DNA from: Labilithrix sp.
GTDB lineage: Bacteria > Myxococcota_A > Polyangia > Polyangiales > Polyangiaceae
Direction of reading: 5' to 3'
DNA: 64,000 bases
Assembly (NCBI GenBank): GCA_039809525.1
Contig: JBDHVD010000003.1
Span: forward strand, 6 to 64,005
Shown here: positions 1 to 9,732 of the stretch, in pieces
How positions within the stretch are numbered: position 1 is the first letter of the stretch
How the letters are laid out: each line of letters opens with the position of its first letter
The notes under the pieces: model-generated
What the model saw: only the letters and a program-made list of their open reading frames with translations
What the model was told of the DNA's origin: nothing
The model's database searches: none
Made by a program: the position numbers and the translations under genes

Positions 1-1768
1 TGCGGAGCGCGCGGCGATAGGGGGCGGTGTTGAGGAGGAACGTGAGGAGGTTCGACATCCCGACGTTCGCCACGCCTGCGTCGAACGCGCCGGCGAACTT
101 CGTCATCGCCACGAGCGTCGAGTAGCCGCCGTAGCTGCCGCCGAACACGCCGACCTTCGAGCCGGGGAACGCCGCGCGGACGTGCTTGGCCGCGTCCTCG
201 ATGTCGGTGATCACCGCGAGCCGCTTCGGCCCGTCGTCGGCGTGGAGCCACGCCTTGCCGTAGCCGTCGCTGCCGCGGACGTTGGGCTCGATCCACACGA
301 AGCCCGCGTCGACGAAGATCTGGCCGTAGGTGCTCATGCCGGCCATCGCCTGGCCCTCGGGCCCGCCGTGGAAGTGCACGACGACGGGGCAGGGCCGGTC
401 GCAGGCGGCGGGGCGCCGGACGAACATCGGGATCTTCGTGCCGTCGCGCGCGACGTAGTGGTCGAGCGTGGGGACGGCGAACTTCGACGTGTCGATCTCC
501 GGCGTGCTCGGCACGACCCACTGCACGAGCTTCTGGGTCTGCCAGTCCCACACCGACGAGGTCGTCGGATGCCGCGCCGCCGACGCGTTCACCGGGACGT
601 AGCGGCCGTCCCACGACGGCGCGCCGAAGGTGACGTGGTCCTCCTTCTCGAAGCCCGCGGGGAACGCGACCTTCTTCTCGGCGAACGTCCTCGCATCCAT
701 CGCGCGGGCGCGCGTGTAGCCGCCCTCGTTGATCGTGTAGTATACAACCTTCTTCGGCTTGTCGATGGTGAAGCCCGAGACGTCGTGCGCGAGCTCGGGC
801 GTGACCGCCTTCGCCTGCGCCGCCTCGAGCGGGCCGCCCTTCGGGGCGGTGACGCGGTAGAGGCGGCGGAACTCGCCGAACTTCGACGTCTGGACGAGGA
901 GCTCGCCCGGCGCGGCGCCGTAGGCCGCGTCGTACTCCTCCTTCTCGCTCTGGCCGAAGAGGGGGACGAGCTTCTTCGCCGTCGCGTCGTACTCGAAGTA
1001 CTCCTTCGTCAGCGCGCCGGTCGCCTTGCCGAGCAGGAGCTTCGTCGCGCCGCCGTCGGTGCGGATGTCCTCCGCCGTCCACAGGCCGTCCTCGCCGAAC
1101 ACGAGCTCCTTCTTCTTCGTCGCGAGGTCGTACGCGTAGATGGCGTACGAGTCGGGCTTCACGTCGTTCGCGCGGAAGTAGAGGCGCTTGCCGTCCGGCG
1201 GCACGACCTGGAGCTGCGTCTGCACCTTCGCCTCGTGCTGGATCTCGAGGAGCGGTCCGCCGTCGACCGAGAGCAGGTAGAGGCCGGGGTTCTCCTCGCC
1301 CTTGCGATCGCGCGACACCACCAGCCACTTGCCGTCCGGCGTGATCGACGCCACGCGGGTGACGTCCTCGCCGCCGGTGAGCTGCACGGGGAAGCGGCGC
1401 GGGCCGTCGGCCTTCCAGATCTGCGGCGTGCCCGTGACGGTCCATGCAAAGTACAGGCTCTTGCCGTCGGGAGCGACGCGCGTGCCCACCGGCGCGCGCA
1501 CGTCGAGCATCGCCTGGATGCGCCGGCTCACGTCCGAGGGGATCGGCGTGGGCGCGAACTTCGCGAGGACCTCCGGCGGGACGCTCTCCGCGCCGTGGCC
1601 GGCGTAGACGAGCGCCTTCTCGCCCGCCTTCGCCGGCTCTGCGCCGCGCGGCGTGGCGGACGGAGGCGCGGTGGTCACCGGCGGGACCTGCGCGGGCTCG
1701 CGCGGCGAGGCGCACGAGGCGGCGAGGCAGACGGCGAGGAGCGGCCCGAACGATGACGGCTTCGTCAT
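1..1768 (-). CDS. S9 family prolyl oligopeptidase/acylaminoacyl peptidase lipoprotein (3' end runs off the window)
   Basis: Read manually on the minus strand from ATG at 1768: MTKPSSFGPLLAVCLAASC (lipobox). HGGP motif near 360-375 and nucleophile elbow GVFGGSYGGY near 121-152. Not in the ORF track because it is truncated. Confidence 0.85.
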   Translation of the reverse strand, partial: MTKPSSFGPLLAVCLAASCASPREPAQVPPVTTAPPSATPRGAEPAKAGEKALVYAGHGAESVPPEVLAKFAPTPIPSDVSRRIQAMLDVRAPVGTRVAPDGKSLYFAWTVTGTPQIWKADGPRRFPVQLTGGEDVTRVASITPDGKWLVVSRDRKGEENPGLYLLSVDGGPLLEIQHEAKVQTQLQVVPPDGKRLYFRANDVKPDSYAIYAYDLATKKKELVFGEDGLWTAEDIRTDGGATKLLLGKATGALTKEYFEYDATAKKLVPLFGQSEKEEYDAAYGAAPGELLVQTSKFGEFRRLYRVTAPKGGPLEAAQAKAVTPELAHDVSGFTIDKPKKVVYYTINEGGYTRARAMDARTFAEKKVAFPAGFEKEDHVTFGAPSWDGRYVPVNASAARHPTTSSVWDWQTQKLVQWVVPSTPEIDTSKFAVPTLDHYVARDGTKIPMFVRRPAACDRPCPVVVHFHGGPEGQAMAGMSTYGQIFVDAGFVWIEPNVRGSDGYGKAWLHADDGPKRLAVITDIEDAAKHVRAAFPGSKVGVFGGSYGGYSTLVAMTKFAGAFDAGVANVGMSNLLTFLLNTAPYRRALR

Positions 1769-1803
1769 GACGCAGCGGGCTTAGCAACTCCCGGCAGCGC
1801 CCG

Positions 1804-3426
1804 CTACAGGCACTCGCGCTTGTACTGGCGATGGCCCTTCTCGTCGATCACCCACGGCGGATCGCAGCTCGTCTTTGGCTTCGCCGCGGGCGCCGGCGCC
1901 GTCCGGGCGGGGGCCGCGGTCGCGGTCACGGTCGCGGTCGGACGGCCGATCGGACGCGGGGGCGTGACGGGCGCGACGGACGCGACGGGCGTGACCGACG
2001 CGACCGGCGCGACGGACGTAGGCGGCGGCGCGACCGAGGCCGTCGCGGCGGCGATGCTCGCCGACGCCGAGGGCACGTCGGGCTCCGCCGCGGGAGCCGT
2101 CGCGCTCGGCGGCGGCGCCGAGCTCGGAGCCGCGGCGACGGTCGCGTCCGGGCGGAGCCGGCCGGCGACGATCACGCCCACGACGATCGCGAGGACGGCG
2201 AGGCCGGCGAGCGTCGCGAGGATCGGCAGCCTCCGGTCGACGGGGAGCGACATCGTGCCGGTCATCCGCGTGCTCGTCGACGAGCCGTAGCCGTCGGGCG
2301 CCGCGGGGAACATCGGCGTGGTCGCGGTCGCCGGCGTCGGCGGTCCGAAGCGATGCGCCGGCGGCGGCGCGCCGAGGAGCACGTCCGACGAGCTGTCGTC
2401 CGGCGTCTGCGGGATCGGTCGGCCGGACTCCGACGCCGGCGCCCGGAGCGCGGTCGAGCTGCTCTCGATCGCGGCGATCTGCTCCTCGCGCGCCGAGAGG
2501 ATCGGCCCGACGATCGCCTCGACCCACTCGCCCACCTCGGTGGGGGATGCGATGCCGACGCAGCGCTCGATCTCGAGCGCGAGCTCGCGCGCGGTCTGCT
2601 GGCGCGCGGCCGGATCGCGCGAGAGCGCTCGCATCAGCGGCCCGTCGAACGTCGGCGGCAGCGACGGATCGACCGCGGTCGGCGGGACCACCGGGTCGCG
2701 GAGGATCTTCGCGAGCGTCTCGGCCTCGGTCTCGCCCTTGAAGAGACGTTCGCCCGTGAGCGCCTCCCACATGACGACGGCGGACGCGTAGACGTCGACG
2801 ACGCGCGAGATCTCGCGACCGGACAGCTGCTCCGGCGGCATGTACGCGAGCTTGCCCTTGATCTGACCGTCCTTCGTCACCTGCACGCGGCCCGCCGCCT
2901 TGGCCACGCCGAAGTCGAGCACGCGGGCGATGCCGTCGGCGCCGACGAGGACGTTCTGCGGGGACACGTCGCGATGCACGAGGGCGAGGCGCTCGCCTCG
3001 CTCGTTCTTCGCCTCGTGCGCCGCGTGCAGCCCGTGGAGGAAGCCGCACATGATCGCCGCCGCGATGCGCGGGGGCATCTTGTGCCCCTGCTTCTTCGCC
3101 GTGCGGAGGAGCTTCGAGAGCGACTCGCCACGGATGTAATCCATGATGAGGAACAGCTCGCCTCCCGTCGCGACCACGTCGATCGTCGCCACGACGTTCG
3201 GATGCTGCACGCGTGCGGCGAGCCTCGCCTCGTCGAGGAACATCGAGACGAACTCGGGGTCCTTCGCGAACTGCGGATGCAGGCGCTTCACCGCGACCGT
3301 GCGCGCGAAGCCGACGGGACCGAGCAGCCGGCCGATGTGCACGGTGGCCATGCCGCCGGCCGCGATCTCGTTGTAGAGCGCGTAGCGCCCCACGACGCGA
3401 ATCGGTCCGCGCTCGGCATGCATCAT
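1804..3426 (-). CDS. Hanks-type Ser/Thr protein kinase with a TM helix and Pro/Ala-rich C-terminus
   Basis: AAGGMATV, VAVKRL, HRDVSPQN, DFG and YMPPE motifs; hydrophobic segment ILATLAGLAVLAIVVGVIVA. Confidence 0.95.
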   Translation of the reverse strand: MMHAERGPIRVVGRYALYNEIAAGGMATVHIGRLLGPVGFARTVAVKRLHPQFAKDPEFVSMFLDEARLAARVQHPNVVATIDVVATGGELFLIMDYIRGESLSKLLRTAKKQGHKMPPRIAAAIMCGFLHGLHAAHEAKNERGERLALVHRDVSPQNVLVGADGIARVLDFGVAKAAGRVQVTKDGQIKGKLAYMPPEQLSGREISRVVDVYASAVVMWEALTGERLFKGETEAETLAKILRDPVVPPTAVDPSLPPTFDGPLMRALSRDPAARQQTARELALEIERCVGIASPTEVGEWVEAIVGPILSAREEQIAAIESSSTALRAPASESGRPIPQTPDDSSSDVLLGAPPPAHRFGPPTPATATTPMFPAAPDGYGSSTSTRMTGTMSLPVDRRLPILATLAGLAVLAIVVGVIVAGRLRPDATVAAAPSSAPPPSATAPAAEPDVPSASASIAAATASVAPPPTSVAPVASVTPVASVAPVTPPRPIGRPTATVTATAAPARTAPAPAAKPKTSCDPPWVIDEKGHRQYKRECL

Positions 3427-3459
3427 CGAATGGGGGATCTTAGCGTGCCCGGCGCGCGT

Positions 3460-3978
3460 TCAGAAAGTGGCCGCGGCGCAGGCCTGCGGATCGTGGGCGC
3501 CGGCGAGCCAGCCGAACAGGCAATTCCACCCCGGATCGTTCGAGCCCGCGCGGAGCACGGGGCCGCCCTTGTGCCGGACGCCGCGTCCCTCGTCGTCGAG
3601 CGGCTTGAGCAGGAGCTGGAAGTCGACGTAGGCGCCCTGCGTGCGCACGCAGTCGGAGACGGCCTCGGGCTCGAGGCCGATCACCGCCTGGTAGTTCTCG
3701 AGGCGCTCCTCGGGCGTGGTGTCGCGCGTGTCGCGGAGGCCGCCGGCCGGGGTCTCGAACCGGAGGCCGTTCTTCGAGTAGATGCGGAGGGGCCGACCGA
3801 CCTGTCCGTGGCAGTCGATGCCGCCGCAGCGCGCCTCCATGAAGGCGCTGACCCCGCCGTTGATGAACTGTTCGCGGTCCGGGTACACGCGGATGTCGCT
3901 CGGCTCGTTCTGCACGCACGCGCCGAGTGCGGCGAGGGCGACGGTCCCGAAGAAGGCGAGGGCGAGGAAGCGGCTCAT
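3460..3978 (-). CDS. Lipoprotein with an atypical heme-like motif CGGIDCH
   Basis: MSRFLALAFFGTVALAALGAC lipobox; CX4CH and a distal HKGG; overlaps the upstream gene by 4 nt. Confidence 0.7.
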   Translation of the reverse strand: MSRFLALAFFGTVALAALGACVQNEPSDIRVYPDREQFINGGVSAFMEARCGGIDCHGQVGRPLRIYSKNGLRFETPAGGLRDTRDTTPEERLENYQAVIGLEPEAVSDCVRTQGAYVDFQLLLKPLDDEGRGVRHKGGPVLRAGSNDPGWNCLFGWLAGAHDPQACAAATF

Positions 3979-4526
3979 GGGCTCGGCGCGGCTCCTACGT
4001 AGATCTGTCCGTAGTACCGGCGGGCCTTCTCTCGATCCTGCTCGGTGTACGGCTCGGGCGGGTTCCGGCGATGGCAGAAGTTGCACGAGCCCTCGCGGTT
4101 GACGGTGGAGGTCATGATCGCGACGGGCTGGCCGTTCTTGAGGAGGCGCACCTTGAACGGGTACGTGAGGTCGGGCCAGTTCTCCTTCGTCACGAAGAAG
4201 TTCCCCGACGGACCGATGGTGAACGGGTTGTTCAGCGGACCGCCGCCCGACGCGTCGACGAACTGCACCTCGATGTCCTCGGCGCCGGGCGCGTCGGGCT
4301 CCGGCGTCGCGTAGACCGTCCCCGCGACCACCATCTCCGGCGTCGCGCCGCCGCGATCGTCGTGGCAGAGCAGGCACGGCTGGCCGCGCCGGTGGTTCGG
4401 GCTGGGCCCCTCCCGGTCCTCGGGCGGCAGCTCGGCGAGCGCGCGGTCGCGCGACGGATCGCTGCATGCCGCCGGGACGACGGCGGCGAGCACGAAGACG
4501 AGCGCGGCGAGCGGATGAGCGCGCAT
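3975..4526 (-). CDS. Diheme c-type cytochrome lipoprotein
   Basis: MRAHPLAALVFVLAAVVPAAC lipobox; CLLCH and CNFCH; start overlaps the stop of the DUF3570 gene. Confidence 0.8.
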   Translation of the reverse strand: MRAHPLAALVFVLAAVVPAACSDPSRDRALAELPPEDREGPSPNHRRGQPCLLCHDDRGGATPEMVVAGTVYATPEPDAPGAEDIEVQFVDASGGGPLNNPFTIGPSGNFFVTKENWPDLTYPFKVRLLKNGQPVAIMTSTVNREGSCNFCHRRNPPEPYTEQDREKARRYYGQIYVGAAPSP

Positions 4527-6346
4527 CAGAACTCCACGTCCAGGCCGACGGTGCCGTACCAGGCGGTGCGGCTCACGATGAAGAGCGAGTCGAAGTAGCG
4601 CGAGTACATCCAGTCGCCGGAGACGACCAGCGCGTAGTGCACCGAGGCGCGATCGCTGTTGAGGGCGATGCGTGTGCCTGCGCCGAGCGTCACGGTCATC
4701 ATCGGCGCGAGCTCGCGGTCGCCCGTGCGATAGCGCGGCACCGTGAGCACGTTCTCCTGCGGATCGTAGTCCGCGATGTACGCGCGCTGGTAGAAGCTCG
4801 TGCCGCTCTGCGCGTGGTAGCGCAGGTGCGGCCACACGCGGAAGCGATCGCCGAGATCGACGAAGTAGCGCGCGTCGGTGGTCGAGGCCTTGATGCCCCA
4901 GCTGTCCGTGTAGAGGCGCTCCTCGACGCGGATGGTGGAGCTCGCGAAGCGATGGTTGAGGCGCGCCCCGATCGCGAAGCGCTCGCGCGAACGCGGGAGC
5001 TGCTCGCGCGGCCGGAAGTTCAGGCGCGCGGCGTTGACGTTCTCGATCGGCTCGCCGGGCCGGACCGCGCCGGCGATGTCCGCGGGGAACATCGGGACGA
5101 AGCGATAGAGCTTCGACTGCTCGCCGCGCTCGATCTGCAGGCTCAGGCCGGTGACGAGGAGCGTCGTCGGGGAGAGGACGAACGTGACGCCGCCCTCGAT
5201 GGTGTGGTTCGCGAAGTTGCGCTTGAAGTTCTCGAACGGCGTGTTGCGGATGCCGATGGTGTCGTACTGGAGGCTGTAGCCGAAGCGCGGCACCGTGAGC
5301 TTGTCGTTCAGCTCGACGCTCGCGGACGCGCCGCCGGTGACCGACAGGTAGTCGGGCTCGCGCGAGACGTTGCCGAACGCGTTGATGCCGACGTTCTCGA
5401 CCTTGAAGCCGCCGCTCAGCGATCCGGCGTGACGCGTCTCCTTGAACGCCGGCGAGGCCATCGACACGATGTCGGGCGAGGCCGCGCTCACCACGTCGAG
5501 GAGGTACGAGCCGCCGACGTTCCAGCCCGACGTGGGCGAGCTCACGCCGAAGTTGACCGCCGGCGTGATCACGTCGACCGCGGTGTTGTCGGTGTAGCCG
5601 GAGAACTCGAGGCCGACCTTGAAGTTCGGCTTCGTCGACTTCTCCTCGATGCACGCGAGCTTCTCCTCGTAGGTGGACGCCTCCTTGAGGCACTCCTCCT
5701 GTCCGAGCGGCAGCTTGTTCGGCTTGAGCAGGACCTCGACGACCTTGTCCTCGCCCTCGGCGAGCGTGCCCTTCTCGCGGAACGTGTGCTGTTCACCCTT
5801 CTCTTCGCGCTCGGCCTCGATCACGTAGTCGCCCGGATCGACGGTGAGGCGCTCCTTGAACAGCTGCGGGCGCACCGGCGCGCCGTTGATGACGACCTTG
5901 ATGCCCTCCGAGCTCTTCGGAAGCTGCAGCTTGATGTGCGCGAGCTTCGGCAGCAGGTCGGCGACGCGCGCCTGCGCGGCCTTCGTGAGATCGGTGTCCT
6001 CCGTCCGGATGCCTGCGGCGAGCGCGTCGCGGGCGGCGGCGAGCGAGTCGCGGAGGCGTCCGAGGCCCGCGAGGCAGCCCGCGAGATGGAGCTTCACGTA
6101 CGGGTGATCCTCGAACGCCAGCGATTGCTGGTCCTTCCTCACACAGAGAGAAAGGTCACCGGACTTCTTCGCTTCGATCCCTTCTTTTGCGAGCTCGAGC
6201 GCCTTCGGGTTCGACCACCCGCGCGGTCCCGGTGCAGGTGCGGGCGTCGGCGCAGCCCGACGCTGCGCCGCCGCGTTCCGCGGAGCGAGCACGATCGACG
6301 ACGAAAGCATCGACACGACGAAGAAGAGCCAGATCCCTCGAGCCAA
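4526..6346 (-). CDS. TPR/PEGA-like N-terminus fused to a DUF3570-type outer-membrane beta-barrel (start uncertain: TTG 6346 or ATG 6310)
   Basis: DVVSAASPDIVSMAS, SREPDYLS, EQLPRSRER and RLYTDSWGI are characteristic of DUF3570; C-terminal Phe; signal-like N-terminus. Confidence 0.75.
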   Translation of the reverse strand: MARGIWLFFVVSMLSSSIVLAPRNAAAQRRAAPTPAPAPGPRGWSNPKALELAKEGIEAKKSGDLSLCVRKDQQSLAFEDHPYVKLHLAGCLAGLGRLRDSLAAARDALAAGIRTEDTDLTKAAQARVADLLPKLAHIKLQLPKSSEGIKVVINGAPVRPQLFKERLTVDPGDYVIEAEREEKGEQHTFREKGTLAEGEDKVVEVLLKPNKLPLGQEECLKEASTYEEKLACIEEKSTKPNFKVGLEFSGYTDNTAVDVITPAVNFGVSSPTSGWNVGGSYLLDVVSAASPDIVSMASPAFKETRHAGSLSGGFKVENVGINAFGNVSREPDYLSVTGGASASVELNDKLTVPRFGYSLQYDTIGIRNTPFENFKRNFANHTIEGGVTFVLSPTTLLVTGLSLQIERGEQSKLYRFVPMFPADIAGAVRPGEPIENVNAARLNFRPREQLPRSRERFAIGARLNHRFASSTIRVEERLYTDSWGIKASTTDARYFVDLGDRFRVWPHLRYHAQSGTSFYQRAYIADYDPQENVLTVPRYRTGDRELAPMMTVTLGAGTRIALNSDRASVHYALVVSGDWMYSRYFDSLFIVSRTAWYGTVGLDVEF

Positions 6347-6593
6347 GAACCTTCGCGCCGGGCGCGTCCGTCCGGCAGAAAAGCACGGAGCGATCCAGGA
6401 TGTCTCCGGCGATCTGCGCGCGCATGCGAGGGATCGTGACGAGGGGACGAGCCCGCGATGGTGGATCGGTGCCCCAGCCACGACGGTGACTCCGAGCGGT
6501 GGGAGGAGCTGCGCCGGCCCGCGGAGGACGCGCGTGTACGGTGCTGCGAGCGGTCGTCGTCGAGGCATGCTCCGTGCTCTGTCCCCGCAGCGG

Positions 6594-7196
6594 ATGAGAA
6601 CGATCGCCCTCGTCGCCGCGGCCGCATGCCTGCTGTCGTGCGCCGACACCGATCCTGCCTTCGGCGATCCCGGCGCGATCTCGAAGCAGAGCTTCCCCGG
6701 CGAGCCGACGGGCAGCAGCAGCGGCGGCGGGGACGGTGGAGGCGCCGTCGACTTCGCGCCGTTCCCGAAGGCGTACGACGGAGCGGATCCGCCGAAGGAG
6801 ACGCGGTCGGGCAAGCAGATCCACGAGGGCAAGGCGAGCGTCGATGCGACGACGGACTGCACGACCTGTCACGGCGCGACCCCGGTCGCCGGCGCGCCGA
6901 AGTTCGCGTTCGCCGGCCTCGCGTTCTCCGCCCCGGGATCGACGACCCCGCTCGCGTTCGGCGAGGTCATCGTCTACACGCCCGACAACAAGGTCTTCGC
7001 GACGGTGAAGACGACGTCCGACGGCTACTTCTCGTTCCTGGCGGACAACGGCGCGGTGCCTTCGAACGCGAAGACCGCGGTGCGCGACAGCGCGAACAAG
7101 GTGCAGAAGATGACCGCCTCGCTCAACGGCAGCGGGGCGTGCAACTCGACGGGGTGTCACGGAGGCGGCGCCGGGCGCATCGACTTCAAGCCCTGA
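6594..7196 (+). CDS. Diheme-type cytochrome c lipoprotein
   Basis: MRTIALVAAAACLLSC lipobox; CTTCH and CNSTGCH; paralog of 3975-4526 and 59698-60315. Confidence 0.75.
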   Translation: MRTIALVAAAACLLSCADTDPAFGDPGAISKQSFPGEPTGSSSGGGDGGGAVDFAPFPKAYDGADPPKETRSGKQIHEGKASVDATTDCTTCHGATPVAGAPKFAFAGLAFSAPGSTTPLAFGEVIVYTPDNKVFATVKTTSDGYFSFLADNGAVPSNAKTAVRDSANKVQKMTASLNGSGACNSTGCHGGGAGRIDFKP

Positions 7197-9028
7197 TCGG
7201 GGACGAGCTGGCGGAGCTGCCAGGTCGACAGCTCGTTCGCGAGCTGCATGCGCTCGAGGGCGTCGCGGTATCGCGCGGCGAACATCGCCGCGACGCCGAT
7301 GACGATCACGTAGGTGATCGAGAGCGCCGCCATCGTCGCATCGCGCGGCATGGCGATCGTCCCGGACAGGATGGTGAGGCGATCGCCGTCGAAGACGTGA
7401 CGCACGGGATGGAGATCGACCCATGCGAGGCCGATGGGCACGAGCAACGCGCCGAGCGCGCCGGCGATCGCGGTGGAGCGGCGCGCCTTCGCCGTCACGA
7501 GCATCATCCCCATCGCGTTGATGGCGACGAAGGCGGGGAGCGCCAGGAAGACGCCGTAGATCGTGCTCGAGAGGGCGATGGAGAGCCAGCTGGCGATGCT
7601 CGCTGCTCGCAGGATCCGCGCGCGCCTCCGCTCGCCGGCCCGCCATGCGAGGACGACGAGGGCGCTCGTCGCGGCGAAGGCGGCGAGGGGCATCAGGGCG
7701 AGCGGCCAGTGGCGGATGCCGATCGCCGCCTGGAGGGGAATGAACGACGCCCAGCCGAGGAAGTAGATCCCTGCCGCCGGCAGGAGCATCCGGTGCTGCG
7801 ACGCGATCGCGGTTCGATCCATGGCGCGCCGTACGTCCGCCGGCACCTCGCGTGGCGGCTCGGTGAGCAGCTTCACGAGCAGCGCGAGCGCCTCGGGATC
7901 GGAGGGCGCGAGCGCGAGCGCGCGTCCGACCTCGGAGAGCGCGAACGGGCGATCGTCCGTCTGCACGGCGGCCTTCGCGCGCCCGAGGTGCGCCCGCGCG
8001 AGGTCCTTGCGCAGCTCGGCGTCCCGATCGCCCGCGAGGTAGGCGTCCACGGCGTCGGCGAGCTCGCGCGCGGATGCATGGCGATCGTTTCGGGCCGGCG
8101 CGGTGGCCTTCACGCAGATCGCCTCGAGCTCGGGAGGGACCGCGCGATGGGGAGTGCGTACCGAGGCTCGCCCCTCGATTCCGCGCACGATGCGGGCGAG
8201 GACCGCCGCGGGCGTGCCGTCGCCGTGCAGCGGCTCGAGCGTGAGCAGCTCGAACAGGATCGCGCCGAGCGCATAGATGTCCGTCCGCGCGTCGACGTCC
8301 TCGCCGCGCACCTGCTCCGGCGCCATGTACGCCGGCGTCCCGATCAGCGAGCCGGCCGCGGTCTCGGTGCCCGAGACCCCCGCCACGTCGGGCTGGGCGT
8401 GCGACGCCGGCGGCTCGACGGACCGCGAGGCGCCGCGCACCTTCGCGAGTCCCCAGTCGAGCACGTAGACCTCGCCGAAGCCCCCGATCATCACGTTCGC
8501 GGGCTTGAGGTCGCGATGGATGACGCCGCGCTCGTGCGCGTACGAGATCGCGAGGCAGACGCGGACGAACGCGCCGAGCAGCTTGTGCCGGGTGTGCTCC
8601 TTGCGCGCGTCCTCGTCGCCGCGGGCGAGCGCCTCGAGGATGTCGGCGAGCGTGCTGCCGCGCACCCGGCGCATGGTGAAGAAGGCATCGCCGCGCCCGT
8701 CGATGCCGAAGTCGTAGACCGGGACGATCGCCGGGTGCTCGAGCTGGCCCTGGACGCGCACTTCGCGCACGAAGCGCGCGCGCGCATCGGCTCGCATCGC
8801 GTGCTCGGCGCGAACGAGCTTCATCGCCACGTCGCGGCCGATCAGGCGATCGCTCGCGAGGCGGACCTCGCCCATGCCGCCCTCGCCGAGCGCCTGGCGC
8901 GTCTCGTACCGCTCCTGCGGCGCGAGCGGGATCAGCTCGGCGTCGGGATCGGCGATGGCGTGGGGCGAAGGCGACGCGACGCGCGGATCGGGCAGCGTCC
9001 GCGCGGTGTCCGGATCCTCGCGCGGCAT
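7157..9028 (-). CDS. Ser/Thr protein kinase with a C-terminal multi-pass membrane domain
   Basis: GEGGMG, VAMK, HRDLKPAN, DWG and GTPAYMAPE; about 6 hydrophobic helices at the C-terminus. Confidence 0.93.
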   Translation of the reverse strand: MPREDPDTARTLPDPRVASPSPHAIADPDAELIPLAPQERYETRQALGEGGMGEVRLASDRLIGRDVAMKLVRAEHAMRADARARFVREVRVQGQLEHPAIVPVYDFGIDGRGDAFFTMRRVRGSTLADILEALARGDEDARKEHTRHKLLGAFVRVCLAISYAHERGVIHRDLKPANVMIGGFGEVYVLDWGLAKVRGASRSVEPPASHAQPDVAGVSGTETAAGSLIGTPAYMAPEQVRGEDVDARTDIYALGAILFELLTLEPLHGDGTPAAVLARIVRGIEGRASVRTPHRAVPPELEAICVKATAPARNDRHASARELADAVDAYLAGDRDAELRKDLARAHLGRAKAAVQTDDRPFALSEVGRALALAPSDPEALALLVKLLTEPPREVPADVRRAMDRTAIASQHRMLLPAAGIYFLGWASFIPLQAAIGIRHWPLALMPLAAFAATSALVVLAWRAGERRRARILRAASIASWLSIALSSTIYGVFLALPAFVAINAMGMMLVTAKARRSTAIAGALGALLVPIGLAWVDLHPVRHVFDGDRLTILSGTIAMPRDATMAALSITYVIVIGVAAMFAARYRDALERMQLANELSTWQLRQLVPDQGLKSMRPAPPP

Positions 9029-9032
9029 CGCG

Positions 9033-9698
9033 TCAGCCGATCACGAGGTACGCGTTCGGCCTCCGCGCGGGCAGGCTCCCGGACACGATCGAGCCCCAGA
9101 CCGCCACCGACGTGTTCGCGCGCGCGCGATGCTGCATGAGCTCCTGGAGGCGATTGAGCGGGAAGCACGCGAAGGCGCGATCGTCGGGGACGACCGCGTA
9201 CGAAGCGAACCCGTCCGGATACGTGAGGTGCACCCAGATCCAGCCGACCTGCGCGCGCACCTGCTCGCCCCACAGCGCGCCGAGGCCGAGGCGCACGTCC
9301 TGGCTCTTCGGCTCGGGGCACCGGGCCGATCGCACCTCCTCGACGAACGCGGCGATGCGGTGGACGACGGCGTCGGGCCCGCCCACCGCCTCGAGGAAGC
9401 GCCGCGCGGTGTCGGCCACCTTCGTCATCGCGTCGCGCTCGTCGTCGCTCAGCGCACGCTCGACCGGGAGCTGCGCGGACGCGGCGAGCGCGCGCTCGCT
9501 CGGCGCCGCCGCCGGTGCGCCCTTCGCGCGCGGCTTCGGCTTCGGCTTCGGCTTCGGCTTCGGCGCGCGGACGGCGCCGGACGTCCGGCGCTTCGCCTTG
9601 ACCTTCACCTTCACCTTCGCGCGCGGGGTGGTGGAGGTCTTCTTCGCGGCGGCCTTCTTCGCCTTCTTCTTCTTCGGGGCCTTCGGTCGACCCGGCAT
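9033..9698 (-). CDS. Hypothetical protein with a Lys/Ala/Pro-rich histone-like N-tail and a DUF3806-like C-domain
   Basis: MPGRPKAPKKKKAKKAAAKK...PKPKPKPKPK; C-terminal LGALWGEQV...GWIWV. Confidence 0.6.
   Translation of the reverse strand: MPGRPKAPKKKKAKKAAAKKTSTTPRAKVKVKVKAKRRTSGAVRAPKPKPKPKPKPRAKGAPAAAPSERALAASAQLPVERALSDDERDAMTKVADTARRFLEAVGGPDAVVHRIAAFVEEVRSARCPEPKSQDVRLGLGALWGEQVRAQVGWIWVHLTYPDGFASYAVVPDDRAFACFPLNRLQELMQHRARANTSVAVWGSIVSGSLPARRPNAYLVIG
9531..9564. repeat. (CGGCTT)x5 hexanucleotide tandem repeat encoding (KP)n
   Basis: Five perfect copies plus a partial copy read directly; in frame in the 9033-9698 gene. Confidence 0.9.
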
Positions 9699-9732
9699 GT
9701 CCCGAGCGTAGGCGATACACTCGGCGCTCACC

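Noticed and set aside
182-1756. 524-aa plus-strand ORF and many similar long Arg/Ala-rich ORFs (e.g. 1831-4002, 6458-9139, 29025-31544, 40093-43017, 48350-51157)
   Set aside because: Antisense or off-frame shadows of motif-bearing genes; stops are rare in high-GC DNA
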